Shown piece by piece: positions 49,887 through 60,149 of a DNA stretch of 64,000 nucleotides. The stretch spans positions 832,001-896,000 of the forward strand of contig OY776510.1 of NCBI GenBank assembly GCA_963675665.1, read 5' to 3'. The translations under genes were made by a program, and so were the position numbers. The DNA is from Spirochaetia bacterium (GTDB taxonomy: Bacteria > Spirochaetota > Spirochaetia > UBA9216). Below the pieces are notes generated by a model. The model was not told where the DNA came from. It made no database searches and saw nothing but the letters and a program-made list of their open reading frames with translations. Every line of letters begins with the position of its first letter. The stretch's first letter is position 1.

Positions 49887-50813
49887 TTGGACAGCAAAAT
49901 CCGAAAGAGAAAAATTAAACACGCATCATGGGCCGGAATAGTCGGCAACGGCGTTCTTGCTGTAATCAAGATCTGGTTTGGAACTGTAGGCGGAAGCGCA
50001 GCCCTTGTAGGCGCCGGAATTGACACTGCGACCGATATCGTTTCATCAATAATTACGCTGCTGACTGCAAATATCGCCGATAAGCCGCCTGATCAGGAAC
50101 ACCCTTACGGCCACGGCCGGGCTGAAACAATCGCGGCGAGGATTCTATCGTTTATAATAATAACCGCCGGAATTCAACTTCTTTTCAATACCGCCGAATC
50201 ATTGATCCGCGGTTCCGAAAAAGCCCTTCCCGAAATGTTTGCCGTTTATATTTCCATTGTAGCAATTGCCGCAAAATTTGCGCTTTATATCTATAAAATG
50301 AAAATAGGAAAAGAAGTAAACAGCCAGATGGTAATAGCCGACGCCAGGAACATGAAGGCGGATATTGTATTGTCCGCATCGGTTTTGACGGGATTGTTGC
50401 TCACTTACGCGGTACAGCTTGCCGTGATAGATTCGATAATGGCTATCGGCGTTGCTGTATGGATAATCAGAAACGGCATCAGTATATTTATGGAATCCAA
50501 CGATGAATTAATGGAAGGCGCCGGGGATTCAAAGCTGTACGGACAGGTTTTCGGCTGTCTCAAAGAAGTTGACGGAATAAGCAACCCGCACCGGGTTCGA
50601 ATCAGAAAAATTAATACAATGTATGTTATTGATCTGGATATTGAGGTTGACGGCAGTCTGACTGTTTATGATGGGCATCTTCTTGCGATCCGGGCGGAAA
50701 AAGCGCTGAGAAAAGAGATTAAGAATCTTTATGATGTGATAGTGCATATAGAACCGGGCGGTAATTATGAAGATCAGGAGCGTTACGGTTTGACAGAGGA
50801 AAGCCTCGATTAG
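49887..50813 (+). CDS. Cation diffusion facilitator (FieF-like) transporter
   Basis: PPDQEHPYGHGRAE and C-terminal VHIEP. Confidence 0.92.
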   Translation: MDSKIRKRKIKHASWAGIVGNGVLAVIKIWFGTVGGSAALVGAGIDTATDIVSSIITLLTANIADKPPDQEHPYGHGRAETIAARILSFIIITAGIQLLFNTAESLIRGSEKALPEMFAVYISIVAIAAKFALYIYKMKIGKEVNSQMVIADARNMKADIVLSASVLTGLLLTYAVQLAVIDSIMAIGVAVWIIRNGISIFMESNDELMEGAGDSKLYGQVFGCLKEVDGISNPHRVRIRKINTMYVIDLDIEVDGSLTVYDGHLLAIRAEKALRKEIKNLYDVIVHIEPGGNYEDQERYGLTEESLD

Positions 50814-50869
50814 TATACTGCATTGGAATATGAATTTTTTAGTTGACCAAATATAACCGGGAGAAGGAT

Positions 50870-52525
50870 ATGGTTAAAGCCTTGAGAAAAAACCCTGAAA
50901 TGGAGAAAAGAAAAGGCCCCGTGCTGTTAGTGATTATGGACGGGGTCGGTTATGGACAGTATGAAGAAGGTGACGGTTTTAAAGCCGCCCACACGGAAAA
51001 TCTGGATGAACTTATGAAAGATTATCCGACGGTAAAGCTCAAGGCTCACGGAAAAGCCGTCGGTTTGCCTTCTGATGAGGATATGGGTAATTCGGAAGTT
51101 GGCCACAATGCAATAGGCTGCGGGCGTGTCTTTGCCCAGGGCGCAAAACTTGTGACCGAATCGATAAAAACCGGAGCAATGTTTTCAGGGAAGACGTGGA
51201 AGAAACTTACGGCAAATTGCGTAAAAGAAGACAGCGTAATACATTTCATCGGACTTTTGTCCGACGGCAATGTTCATTCCCATATCGATCATCTAAAACA
51301 AATGGTTATAAAAGCCAGGGAAGACGGTGTAAAAACAGTACGGATTCACGCGCTGCTGGACGGCCGGGATGTAGGCGAAACATCTGCGCTCGATTTTTTT
51401 GATCCGTTTGAAGAATTCTGCAAAGAACTCAGCGTCGACGGTTTTTCGGCAAGGATTGCAAGCGGCGGCGGTCGTATGGTCATAACCATGGACAGATACG
51501 GCGCTAACTGGGATATGGTCAGGCGCGGGTGGGAAACACATGTTCTCGGAGAAGGCCGCACTTTTAATACGCCGCATGAGGCTATCGAAACCCTCAGGGC
51601 AGAGACCGGAGCAATAGATCAGGACCTGCCCGCTTTTGTAATTGCTGAAGACGGTAAACCCGTCGGAATGATAAATGACGGCGATTCGGTTGTCTTCTTT
51701 AACTTCCGGGGAGATCGGGCTCTTGAAATCACAAAGGCTTTCGAAGCAGGGGATGATTTTTCCGAGTTTGACAGAAAAAGAATGCCGAAAGTCGAATATG
51801 CGGGAATGATGGAATACGACGGCGATTTGCATATACCTATGCAGTATCTCGTTTCTCCGCCGGCGATTGATCGCACGATGGGCGAATATCTCGCTGCAAC
51901 GGGAGTCAGGTCTTTTGCAATAAGCGAAACCCAGAAATACGGACATGTTACATATTTTTTCAACGGAAACAAACTTGGAAAATTCGATGAAAAGCTTGAA
52001 ACTTATGAGGAGATTCTTTCAGATGTAGTTCCGTTTGAGCAGCGACCTTGGATGAAATGTGCGGATATTACCGACAGGGTGCTTGAGGTAATAAAAACCG
52101 GAGAATATGATTTTATCAGAATGAATTTTCCCAACGGCGATATGGTGGGGCATACCGGTAATTACGAAGCTGTTATATGTTCAATGGAGGCGCTGGATCT
52201 CTGTTTAGGCAGAATCCGCAAAGCGGTAGAGGCTGCAGGCGGCGTAATGATTATCTCTGCAGATCACGGGAATTCGGATGATATGTATGAACATGACAAA
52301 AAGACCGGCGAAGTAAAGAGGCATCCGAACGGAAAACCGAAAGCAAAAACAGCACATTCTCTGAATCCTGTTCCATGCATCATTTACGATCCTGCCGGAA
52401 AAGGCGAATATAAACCGGAACTTCGGGAAGGTCTTGGAATAAGTTCGCTTGCCGCGACGGTTGTCGAATTTCTGGGATATGAAAAACCGGATGAATACGA
52501 TATCTCGGTTCTGCAATATAACTAA
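50870..52525 (+). CDS. gpmI: 2,3-bisphosphoglycerate-independent phosphoglycerate mutase
   Basis: IMDGVG, MGNSEVGH, LDGRD, NFRGDR, DMVGHTG, ADHGN. Confidence 0.97.
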   Translation: MVKALRKNPEMEKRKGPVLLVIMDGVGYGQYEEGDGFKAAHTENLDELMKDYPTVKLKAHGKAVGLPSDEDMGNSEVGHNAIGCGRVFAQGAKLVTESIKTGAMFSGKTWKKLTANCVKEDSVIHFIGLLSDGNVHSHIDHLKQMVIKAREDGVKTVRIHALLDGRDVGETSALDFFDPFEEFCKELSVDGFSARIASGGGRMVITMDRYGANWDMVRRGWETHVLGEGRTFNTPHEAIETLRAETGAIDQDLPAFVIAEDGKPVGMINDGDSVVFFNFRGDRALEITKAFEAGDDFSEFDRKRMPKVEYAGMMEYDGDLHIPMQYLVSPPAIDRTMGEYLAATGVRSFAISETQKYGHVTYFFNGNKLGKFDEKLETYEEILSDVVPFEQRPWMKCADITDRVLEVIKTGEYDFIRMNFPNGDMVGHTGNYEAVICSMEALDLCLGRIRKAVEAAGGVMIISADHGNSDDMYEHDKKTGEVKRHPNGKPKAKTAHSLNPVPCIIYDPAGKGEYKPELREGLGISSLAATVVEFLGYEKPDEYDISVLQYN

Positions 52526-52532
52526 AACAGGA

Positions 52533-54056
52533 ATGAGTATGGATATAATAAAAGATCTTGAACCGGCGGTATTCTGGAAACATTTTTATAATATTACGCG
52601 TATTCCGCGCGAATCCGGAAATGAAGCGGGAATAAGACAATATACGGCAGATTTTGCCGAAGAACACAATCTTGAATACAGGATTGATGCCATCGGTAAT
52701 ATCATTATTAAACGACCGGCATCGCCTGGAAAGGAAGATCGCCCGTCTGTTGTTCTTCAGGGACACCTGGACATGGTCTGTGAAAAAAACCGGGATAAAG
52801 TACATGATTTCGAAAAGGATCCCATCGCGCTTGTAATTGAGAACGGGTGGCTTAAAGCGGACGGCACAACTCTCGGCGCCGACAACGGAGTTGCCATTGC
52901 GGCAGGTCTGGCCGTCCTGGAATCCGATGAGATTCTCGGCCCTGTTGAGGTTCTTCTTACCGTCGATGAGGAAACCGGGCTTACCGGCGCCCTTGAACTT
53001 GATCCGTCCATTGTTGATTCCAGAATACTCATTAACCTCGATTCGGAAGAAGACGGTATAGTCTATGTAGGCTGTGCGGGAGGAAAAAATACGGAAGGAT
53101 ATCTTCCGGTTGAATTCGAAACGGCGCCCGGGGGTTACGTTGTTTTTTCCGTCGTTCTGAAGGGCCTGAGGGGCGGACATTCCGGTACCGAGATTCACGC
53201 AGGACTGGGTAATTCGATCAAGCTTGGATCCCGGTTTTTATGGAATGCCGCTGAAAAATTCAATACAAAACTGGCTTATATGGAAGGCGGCGGTAAACAT
53301 AATGCGATACCAAGAGAATTTTTTGCATCGGTAATGGTTCGGGAAAGCGAAACAGAGGCATTTCTTGAATATGCCGCCGAATATGCCGGCATAATAAAAT
53401 CCGAATTCAAGATTACAGAACCCGGTTTGAGTTTTGAGGTTTTACCGCTGCAGAAGTCTGAAGGTGCTGATATCTTTGAACAGGGTCATGACGGTATGGT
53501 CTACACAGAAGAAACCCGGGAGCGTATTCTTGATATGATTTATTCAATACCTCACGGAATTCTTAAAATGAGCAAGGTACTTGATGATCTTGTTGAAACC
53601 TCGACAAACCTTGCCAGGGTAGAGCTGCTTAACAAAGGCAAGGGTATTGAAGGTTCAAATACGACAGGAGAAACAGAGTTTTTCGTGCTTAACTGTCACC
53701 GCTCCTCTGTTGATACCGAATGTGACGATGCTGCCGATATGGTCCGTTCATGCATCAGGGCTGCCGGAGGCAGGTATGAATTCAGGCATGAATACCCGGG
53801 CTGGGATCCTGATCCGGAATCAGCCATCCTGAAAACGGCAGAAAGGGCTTATAAGGAACTGTTTGGAAAAGCTCCGGAAATAAAAGCCATACATGCGGGG
53901 CTTGAGTGCGGTGTAATAGGAAAGAAATTCGATTCAATGGATATGATCTCATTCGGTCCGGAACTTATGGATGTTCACACGCCCGGAGAAAAAGTACAGA
54001 TAAAATCAGTTGAAAACGTCTGGAAATTCCTGATTGCATTGTTAAAAATGATATAA
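52533..54056 (+). CDS. pepD: Aminoacyl-histidine dipeptidase (M20C)
   Basis: QGHLDMV, TTLGADNG, VDEETG, NLDSEE, GGHSG, HAGLECG. Confidence 0.95.
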   Translation: MSMDIIKDLEPAVFWKHFYNITRIPRESGNEAGIRQYTADFAEEHNLEYRIDAIGNIIIKRPASPGKEDRPSVVLQGHLDMVCEKNRDKVHDFEKDPIALVIENGWLKADGTTLGADNGVAIAAGLAVLESDEILGPVEVLLTVDEETGLTGALELDPSIVDSRILINLDSEEDGIVYVGCAGGKNTEGYLPVEFETAPGGYVVFSVVLKGLRGGHSGTEIHAGLGNSIKLGSRFLWNAAEKFNTKLAYMEGGGKHNAIPREFFASVMVRESETEAFLEYAAEYAGIIKSEFKITEPGLSFEVLPLQKSEGADIFEQGHDGMVYTEETRERILDMIYSIPHGILKMSKVLDDLVETSTNLARVELLNKGKGIEGSNTTGETEFFVLNCHRSSVDTECDDAADMVRSCIRAAGGRYEFRHEYPGWDPDPESAILKTAERAYKELFGKAPEIKAIHAGLECGVIGKKFDSMDMISFGPELMDVHTPGEKVQIKSVENVWKFLIALLKMI

Positions 54057-54074
54057 CGTTTCGGAGGAAATTTA

Positions 54075-54395
54075 ATGAAGCGAACCGGGGTATTGAAGAT
54101 ACTTCATGATACAGCATTTCCCATTAACAAACTTGTCATACATCCCAACACCGGTTTCGATTTGGGGTTTATGCAGATAAAGTATGTGGTGCAGATGTGT
54201 ATCAATACAACTATCGAGGACTTTAAAAACGGATGTTCCGAAGCCCTCTGTGATACGGACATTCTGCTTCTGAATGAATGCCGGGCCGATACGGTTGAAA
54301 TGGGACAAAAACTTTGGGAAAAAATCGGCCGGCCGGAACGTTGTCTTCTTGTTTATGATGAGGAAACAAACCGTTTATTTATAGCAACCAGATAA
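54075..54395 (+). CDS. Hypothetical protein
   Basis: 106-aa ORF with GGAGG SD, co-oriented after pepD. No family recognised. Confidence 0.6.
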   Translation: MKRTGVLKILHDTAFPINKLVIHPNTGFDLGFMQIKYVVQMCINTTIEDFKNGCSEALCDTDILLLNECRADTVEMGQKLWEKIGRPERCLLVYDEETNRLFIATR

Positions 54396-54398
54396 ATT

Positions 54399-55622
54399 TT
54401 ACTGCGGCGTCAGATCTTTTACTCTGCGAGCAAGTTTTTTTGCCTGTTCAACAGCCTTCAGGATTACATCCTCATCCGCACGGCCCTGCCATTCTACCGG
54501 TTCAATACATTCCCAATTAAGACCTTCCGTCATTTCTGTAAACTGCTTCTGGGCCCCCCCGGACCAGCCGTAAGAACCGAAGCGAAAAATGTTTCTGTTT
54601 TTAACATGGCTTCGATCAAAGATGTCCAGTACATGGGCCATGGGCGGAAACATCCTGTATTCGTATGTCGGCATGCCGAAAATCAATCCTGCAGATTTCC
54701 ATGCGTCCGCCAGGACAAATGAAACATGTTCCTGGGGAACACGGTGTACATTGATATTCACGCCTTCATTTTTAACAGCATCAATAACGGGTTGAACAAG
54801 TTTTTCGGTATTTCCGTACATGCTCGACCAGATTAATGTTATTTCCTTTTCTGCCGGACCGTTGTGATACGAGGCCAGTTTCCGGTATGTTTCAATTATT
54901 TTTTCGGGATTTTTCCGCCAGATTATTCCGTGGGAAGGAGCGATCACTTTTATATCAAGTCCGGAAAGCTTGTCTATGGCCTTCAGAACAAAACCGGAAA
55001 ATGTTGATACTATATTGGCGTAATAACGCAGGGTTTCCCATTCATAAAAAACTTTTTCTTCCGGCGTAAGCTGATCATCAAATATATGGTCTGTGACCCG
55101 GCCGAAAGAACCGAAAGCATCGCATGAAAAAAGAACGCCCGAGGACATTTCGTATGTGACCATTGTTTCCGGCCAGTGAACATTCGGTGCATCTATAAAG
55201 GAGAGGACTTTGCCGCCGCCGAGATCCAGGCTGTCTCCGGATTCTACCGGGAAAACATTCTCCTCAATCTTGTAAAAGGCCTTAATCAGCGGAACGGACT
55301 TTTTTGAGCAGTATATTTTAAGATCCGGGTTTTTCTGTTTCATTTCCGTAAGCCAACCGGTATGATCAGGTTCCATATGGTTCAGAACAAGATAATCGAT
55401 GTTTTCAATGCTGAACCCGGCATCCGTCAGCTGCTCGTTTACCTGTATTAATGCGTCGTCCCAGTCTTTTACCAGATCAATCAGGGCTGTTTTCTCGCCC
55501 TTCACCAGATACGAATTTATTGAGACGCCTTCCGGAATGGGCCATATCCCCTCAAACAGGTCTTTATTGCCGATATTTGCCGCTATCCGGTATACATTGT
55601 CTGCTATTTCCATTGCTTTCAT
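54399..55622 (-). CDS. FprA-family flavodiiron protein
   Basis: NHMEPDH, HWPETM, SCDAFG, PSHG, SMYGNT, GSYGWSG. Confidence 0.94.
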   Translation of the reverse strand: MKAMEIADNVYRIAANIGNKDLFEGIWPIPEGVSINSYLVKGEKTALIDLVKDWDDALIQVNEQLTDAGFSIENIDYLVLNHMEPDHTGWLTEMKQKNPDLKIYCSKKSVPLIKAFYKIEENVFPVESGDSLDLGGGKVLSFIDAPNVHWPETMVTYEMSSGVLFSCDAFGSFGRVTDHIFDDQLTPEEKVFYEWETLRYYANIVSTFSGFVLKAIDKLSGLDIKVIAPSHGIIWRKNPEKIIETYRKLASYHNGPAEKEITLIWSSMYGNTEKLVQPVIDAVKNEGVNINVHRVPQEHVSFVLADAWKSAGLIFGMPTYEYRMFPPMAHVLDIFDRSHVKNRNIFRFGSYGWSGGAQKQFTEMTEGLNWECIEPVEWQGRADEDVILKAVEQAKKLARRVKDLTPQ

Positions 55623-55638
55623 AAGTATCTCCACAGTT

Positions 55639-56385
55639 TTAATTTTTAAAATAATTTACGCCGTTTTTTATTATATCAAGACCGAAACCGCGATCAACTT
55701 TTTTTCTTGTCCAGAGCGGATGATTTTCAGGATGAATGAAGGCTTCCGGATGAGGCATCAGTCCGAGAATCCGGCCTGTTTTATCGGTGATTCCGGCAAT
55801 GTTTTCAGCGGATCCGTTTGGGTTCCAGCCGGAGTATTTTAAAACGTCGAGATTGTTTTCTGTTATATAATTCATGATCTTTTCGTTTTCGGTAATAAAA
55901 CGGCCTTCTCCGTGTCTGATTGGGAGCTCGATTGAGTCGATATTCTTAAGCCAGGCACAACGCGAGTCCTTTTTAACTTCAAGCCTGACCCAGTCGTCGA
56001 TAAATGTTCCGCAGTCATTATGGACAAGAGTAACTTCCGGTTTCCAGGATCCGTTTATGTTCGGCAGAACTCCCATTTTTACAAGAACCTGAAAGCCGTT
56101 GCATATGCCGATAATCAGGTTGCCGTTATCCACAAATTTCTGAAGGCTGTCTTTAAGATGCTTTTTGAAAAGATGGGCAAAAACAAGGCCGGAGCCGAGG
56201 TGGTCGCCGAATGAAAAACCTCCGGGAAAGCCGAGAATCTGAAAGTCGTCCAGATGCGAAGGCTTTGCTATAAGATCGTTTATATGAAGGAGTTCAGTTT
56301 CGGATCCGGCCATGCTGAATGCGTCCGCAAGGTCCCGATCCGAATTAATTCCGAAGCCTGTAATAATGCAGGTTTTAATTTTCAT
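55639..56385 (-). CDS. purQ: FGAM synthase glutaminase subunit
   Basis: PGGFSFGD, GICNGFQ, HGEG, NPNGS, MPHPE. Confidence 0.95.
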   Translation of the reverse strand: MKIKTCIITGFGINSDRDLADAFSMAGSETELLHINDLIAKPSHLDDFQILGFPGGFSFGDHLGSGLVFAHLFKKHLKDSLQKFVDNGNLIIGICNGFQVLVKMGVLPNINGSWKPEVTLVHNDCGTFIDDWVRLEVKKDSRCAWLKNIDSIELPIRHGEGRFITENEKIMNYITENNLDVLKYSGWNPNGSAENIAGITDKTGRILGLMPHPEAFIHPENHPLWTRKKVDRGFGLDIIKNGVNYFKN

Positions 56386-56393
56386 TCTTTCTC

Positions 56394-59300
56394 CTATTTA
56401 AAGCTCTTCCAGGCTTTTTCTATGCTGTTTATATCGGTTTCAAGGCATATTCTTCCGTTCCGGGTGAATGTCAACATATTCTTCTGCACCTCCGGGCCTC
56501 CTGTGACCCTGCCGGTTTCAGCCGTCCTGGTTCCCTTCATGATTTCTTCGAACCTTGTTTTGTCTGCGGACGAAACCGAAACAATAAAGCGCGACGGAGT
56601 TTCACTGAACAGCATTCGGGTTGTTTCAAAATCACCCCGGGAAACAGGAACATCATCAAGGTTTATTTCTGCGCCGAGCCTTCCGCCCAGGGCCGACTCT
56701 GCAGCAGCCGCCGCGAGGCCTCCGTCGGAGAGATCGTGGCAGGATTTAACAAGACCCTCCTGCATCGCTTTATGAAGTTTGCGGTACAGCTCAAGAGCCT
56801 CTCCGGTTTTTACAGACGGGCAGTCGCCGAGATTGAACAGGCTGTCGGAACGGTCGTCGCCGTTCTGCTGTGCCATAAGCTTTTCATAGAAGCTTCCGCC
56901 TAGTTCCTCACGGGTTTCCCCGAGAATATAGATTAAATCTCCGTCTTCCTTAAAATCGGAAGTGACGGCTCCGGTTACGTCACTTATTATTCCCATTTGC
57001 GAAATCAGCAAAGTCGGCCGAACCGGTATTTTTTTCCCGCCTATTTTTGACTCATTTTTCATGGAATCCTTTCCCGAGATAAGGGGCATTCCGTATGCTG
57101 TGCAGGCGTCCCTTAGGCCTTTGCAGGCGCGGACCAGCTGTGCCATACGGTATTCGCCGTCCGGGTTATCAGGGCTCTGAACAGGATCAGGCCAGCAGAA
57201 ATTGTCCAGTGCAGAGGTTCTTTCCGGGTCGCCGCCGACCGCGATGTGAGCCCTGTAGGCTTCGTCGACGCCGCACATTGCCATATCGTAAGCGTCCGCG
57301 TCTCCGAACCTGGGACAAACCCCGTGAGTTACGGTTACGCCCTTCCTGGAGTTTCTGACGGGCCGCAGTACCGCTCCGTCCGAAGGAGCGTCACTGTTGA
57401 CGCCGATGAAGGGTTTCATCACCGACTGGGCAAGAACCTCGTGGTCGTACTGTCTGATTAAACCCTCTTTTGATGCTATATTGGGTTCGGCAAGAAGCTT
57501 AAGAAGCATTTCGCTGTTTGCTTCAGCCGTATCGGAATACGATCCTTTCCCTGCTTTTTCCAGAGAAACAACCCCGGTGCGCGTTTTTTTCCATTCGGCT
57601 TTAAGCTGCATTTTCGGCAGTCCGTCGTGCAGAAATTCCAGCTCCAGTAGTCCGACCGGGCGGTTTTTATAACGGAGATCGATATAGCCGTCATCGGTGA
57701 ATTCTCCAATCTCGACGGCTTCAACCCCGCGTGCGGCGGCAAGCTGTTTAAACGCTTCAAGGGTATCGTCAGCGACTGCAAGGCTCATACGTTCCTGGCT
57801 TTCCGACACCAGGATTTCCCATGGGGCGAGGCCGCTGTATTTCAGCGGGCATTTATCAAGATCTATGCGGATTCCGTTGCTGAATTCGGCCATCTCGCCA
57901 AGCGACGACGAAAGACCTCCGGCGCCGTTGTCGGTGAGGCCGGCGTATAATCCTTTGTCCCGGGCTTCAATCAGGAAATCACTGAGTTTTTTCTGGGTTA
58001 TCGGATCTCCAATCTGTACTGCAGATGTCGGCGATTCTTCATCAAGCGCAAGCGATGAAAAGGTCGCGCCGTGGATTCCGTCTTTTCCTATACGCCCGCC
58101 GAGCATAACTGCTTTGTGTCCGGCTTCTATATGTTTGATCCAGGAACCTTCGCCGTCTATTTCAGCAGGAAGAATCCCTCCGGTCCCGCAGAAAACCAGC
58201 GGTTTTCCGGTATAGCTATCGTCGAACAGAAATCCTCCGCCGACTACAGGGATGCCCGACTGGTTTCCGCCGTCGACTATTCCGCGGTGAACGCCTTCCA
58301 TAATCTGTCGCGGATGAAGGAGCCCTTCCGGGATCTTTTCTTCGGGAGCTGTAACCTCTCCGAAGCACAGGTAGTTTGTGTTAAAAATAGGGCGGGCGCC
58401 CTTTCCCGTGCCGAGAATATCGCGGTTAACACCCACGATGCCAGTTATCGCGCCGCCGTACGGATCAAGAGCCGAAGGCGAATTATGAGTTTCAACCTTG
58501 AAACAAATCAGATTATCATCATCAAAAACAATCACGCCTGAATTATCGTGAAAAACGGAGCGCAGATAATCTTTTTCCTTGGATATCTCATCGGTTGTGT
58601 CGCGAATGTATTCTTTAAAAAGGGATCCGATTTTTTCAGTTGTTTGAGTATCTGTATCGGTATATACAACTGCCGCATTCAGAATTTTGTGTTTACAGTG
58701 CTCGGACCAGGTCTGGGCTATCATCTCGATTTCTACATCGGTTGCTTCGGCGCCGAGACCTGCTTTCAATCTTGATTTGGTAACCTTCCCGCTTGCATAA
58801 TATTTTTTTACTGCGTTCATTTCTTCAAGAGTCAGCGCAAGCAGTCTTTTTCGTGAAAAGGACAGAAGTTCCTTGTCCGACATTGAGGTAATATCGAATG
58901 TTTCGATATCTATACTGCTTTCTGCAACTTTTGCAGGGTAGATATCCGGAAAGCGTTTTCCTTCCGACCATTCCCCGGCGGAAATTATAACAGCCTGTTC
59001 GATAAGAGGATTATACAGGTGTTTTTTCAGGGCGGTCATCTCTGTTTCATTCAACAGGCCGCATTTTATTAATAGTTGTCTTGCCGTCTGTACTATGGTT
59101 TCTCCGGGAAGGGTTTGACCGACAGCGGCACCGATTGCTGTTCTGGCTGTTATTGCAGTAGGGTTTGTAACGCCTGTTTTATAGGAAATTTCAAACAGGT
59201 AGTCCCAGCTTTCCCTGTTAAGTTCCGCTGCAGGTTTTCCGAAGCTGACGCACTGCGCCACCGGGTCGGAAAATATCTCTTCCGCTGCAGATTCGTCAAT

Positions 59301-59438
59301 GCCGGTGAAATCGGTTATGTATATATCCGCTATAGAGATATTCTCTATTGAAGCGGAAACGGATGTTCTTAGACTTTCGACAAGCCTGTGTGATCTGCCG
59401 TCGAGTCCGGGGTCCTTGAAAAATACTTCCATTCTCAT
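56394..59438 (-). CDS. purL: FGAM synthase synthetase subunit with PurS-like N-terminus
   Basis: QTWSEHCKHK, ETHNSPS, DNGAGGLSS, SESQERM, QYDHEV, HDLSDGG. Confidence 0.95.
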   Translation of the reverse strand: MRMEVFFKDPGLDGRSHRLVESLRTSVSASIENISIADIYITDFTGIDESAAEEIFSDPVAQCVSFGKPAAELNRESWDYLFEISYKTGVTNPTAITARTAIGAAVGQTLPGETIVQTARQLLIKCGLLNETEMTALKKHLYNPLIEQAVIISAGEWSEGKRFPDIYPAKVAESSIDIETFDITSMSDKELLSFSRKRLLALTLEEMNAVKKYYASGKVTKSRLKAGLGAEATDVEIEMIAQTWSEHCKHKILNAAVVYTDTDTQTTEKIGSLFKEYIRDTTDEISKEKDYLRSVFHDNSGVIVFDDDNLICFKVETHNSPSALDPYGGAITGIVGVNRDILGTGKGARPIFNTNYLCFGEVTAPEEKIPEGLLHPRQIMEGVHRGIVDGGNQSGIPVVGGGFLFDDSYTGKPLVFCGTGGILPAEIDGEGSWIKHIEAGHKAVMLGGRIGKDGIHGATFSSLALDEESPTSAVQIGDPITQKKLSDFLIEARDKGLYAGLTDNGAGGLSSSLGEMAEFSNGIRIDLDKCPLKYSGLAPWEILVSESQERMSLAVADDTLEAFKQLAAARGVEAVEIGEFTDDGYIDLRYKNRPVGLLELEFLHDGLPKMQLKAEWKKTRTGVVSLEKAGKGSYSDTAEANSEMLLKLLAEPNIASKEGLIRQYDHEVLAQSVMKPFIGVNSDAPSDGAVLRPVRNSRKGVTVTHGVCPRFGDADAYDMAMCGVDEAYRAHIAVGGDPERTSALDNFCWPDPVQSPDNPDGEYRMAQLVRACKGLRDACTAYGMPLISGKDSMKNESKIGGKKIPVRPTLLISQMGIISDVTGAVTSDFKEDGDLIYILGETREELGGSFYEKLMAQQNGDDRSDSLFNLGDCPSVKTGEALELYRKLHKAMQEGLVKSCHDLSDGGLAAAAAESALGGRLGAEINLDDVPVSRGDFETTRMLFSETPSRFIVSVSSADKTRFEEIMKGTRTAETGRVTGGPEVQKNMLTFTRNGRICLETDINSIEKAWKSFK

Positions 59439-59583
59439 AATTGTTTCCTTATCCTATAGAAAATTTGTTATATTTTCAATCCGGGCCTGCATAATCCGAC
59501 ACATAGCTAATTTCTGATGATTGTATTAAATCTCCAAAAAAAGCAATCAAATATCTGGATTAATAAATGATTTTTAATTAAGC

Positions 59584-60069
59584 TTGACCGATGGTGACGT
59601 TGTGATTCAGAATTTTTGTAACGGGTCGGTAATTTGTAATCTTCAGAGTGTGGAAAAGTTCGATGCAATCCATGAGCTGTTATCGAAAGCTCCCGTTTTT
59701 AAAAATATTAGTAATCTTTCTTCTTTTGAACGGGTTGTGGTTGAGCGGGAAAAAAAGCTCTCTACGGGTTTGGGACACGGCGTTGCCTTTGCGCACGGCA
59801 AGACCGATGTGGTTGATACGCTGTATGTAGCGCTTGGGATTTCCCGGAAAGGTATTGAATACGAAGCCCTTGATAACAAACCGGTGCATCTTCTGTTTAT
59901 TGTTGCCAATCCGAAAAACGGTCATCATGAATATCTCCAGTTGATTTCGGCATTAAGCAGAATTCTTCGGGATAATGATTTCAGGAATAGGATTCTGATG
60001 CTCAATGATGAAAAAGAGATTGAACAGGAGTTTCGCATAGCGCTGGAACGGATAACCGTCAATTGTTAA
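59584..60069 (+). CDS. Stand-alone PTS EIIA (Ntr/fructose-type) protein
   Basis: EREKKLSTGLGHGVAFAH, D.KPVHL and HLxxxS-like motifs. Start codon uncertain. Confidence 0.85.
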   Translation: MTDGDVVIQNFCNGSVICNLQSVEKFDAIHELLSKAPVFKNISNLSSFERVVVEREKKLSTGLGHGVAFAHGKTDVVDTLYVALGISRKGIEYEALDNKPVHLLFIVANPKNGHHEYLQLISALSRILRDNDFRNRILMLNDEKEIEQEFRIALERITVNC

Positions 60070-60149
60070 CAGCAGTCCCAAACGGGGCTTTTTTTGTTTT
60101 TGGAGATAATTCCTTAAAGATTATTCTTTTACAATCAGACTAAAATATT

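Noticed and set aside
51293-53198. Long antisense ORFs (217 aa and 272 aa) opposite gpmI and pepD
   Set aside because: No motifs or RBS. They are typical shadow frames of well-conserved genes.
56126-56134. Perfect DnaA box TTATCCACA inside purQ
   Set aside because: Isolated, within a coding region and expected by chance.
56394-59438. Unusual 1014-aa PurL with a separate PurQ
   Set aside because: PurS-fused PurL with stand-alone PurQ is a known architecture in anaerobes, so it is not novel.
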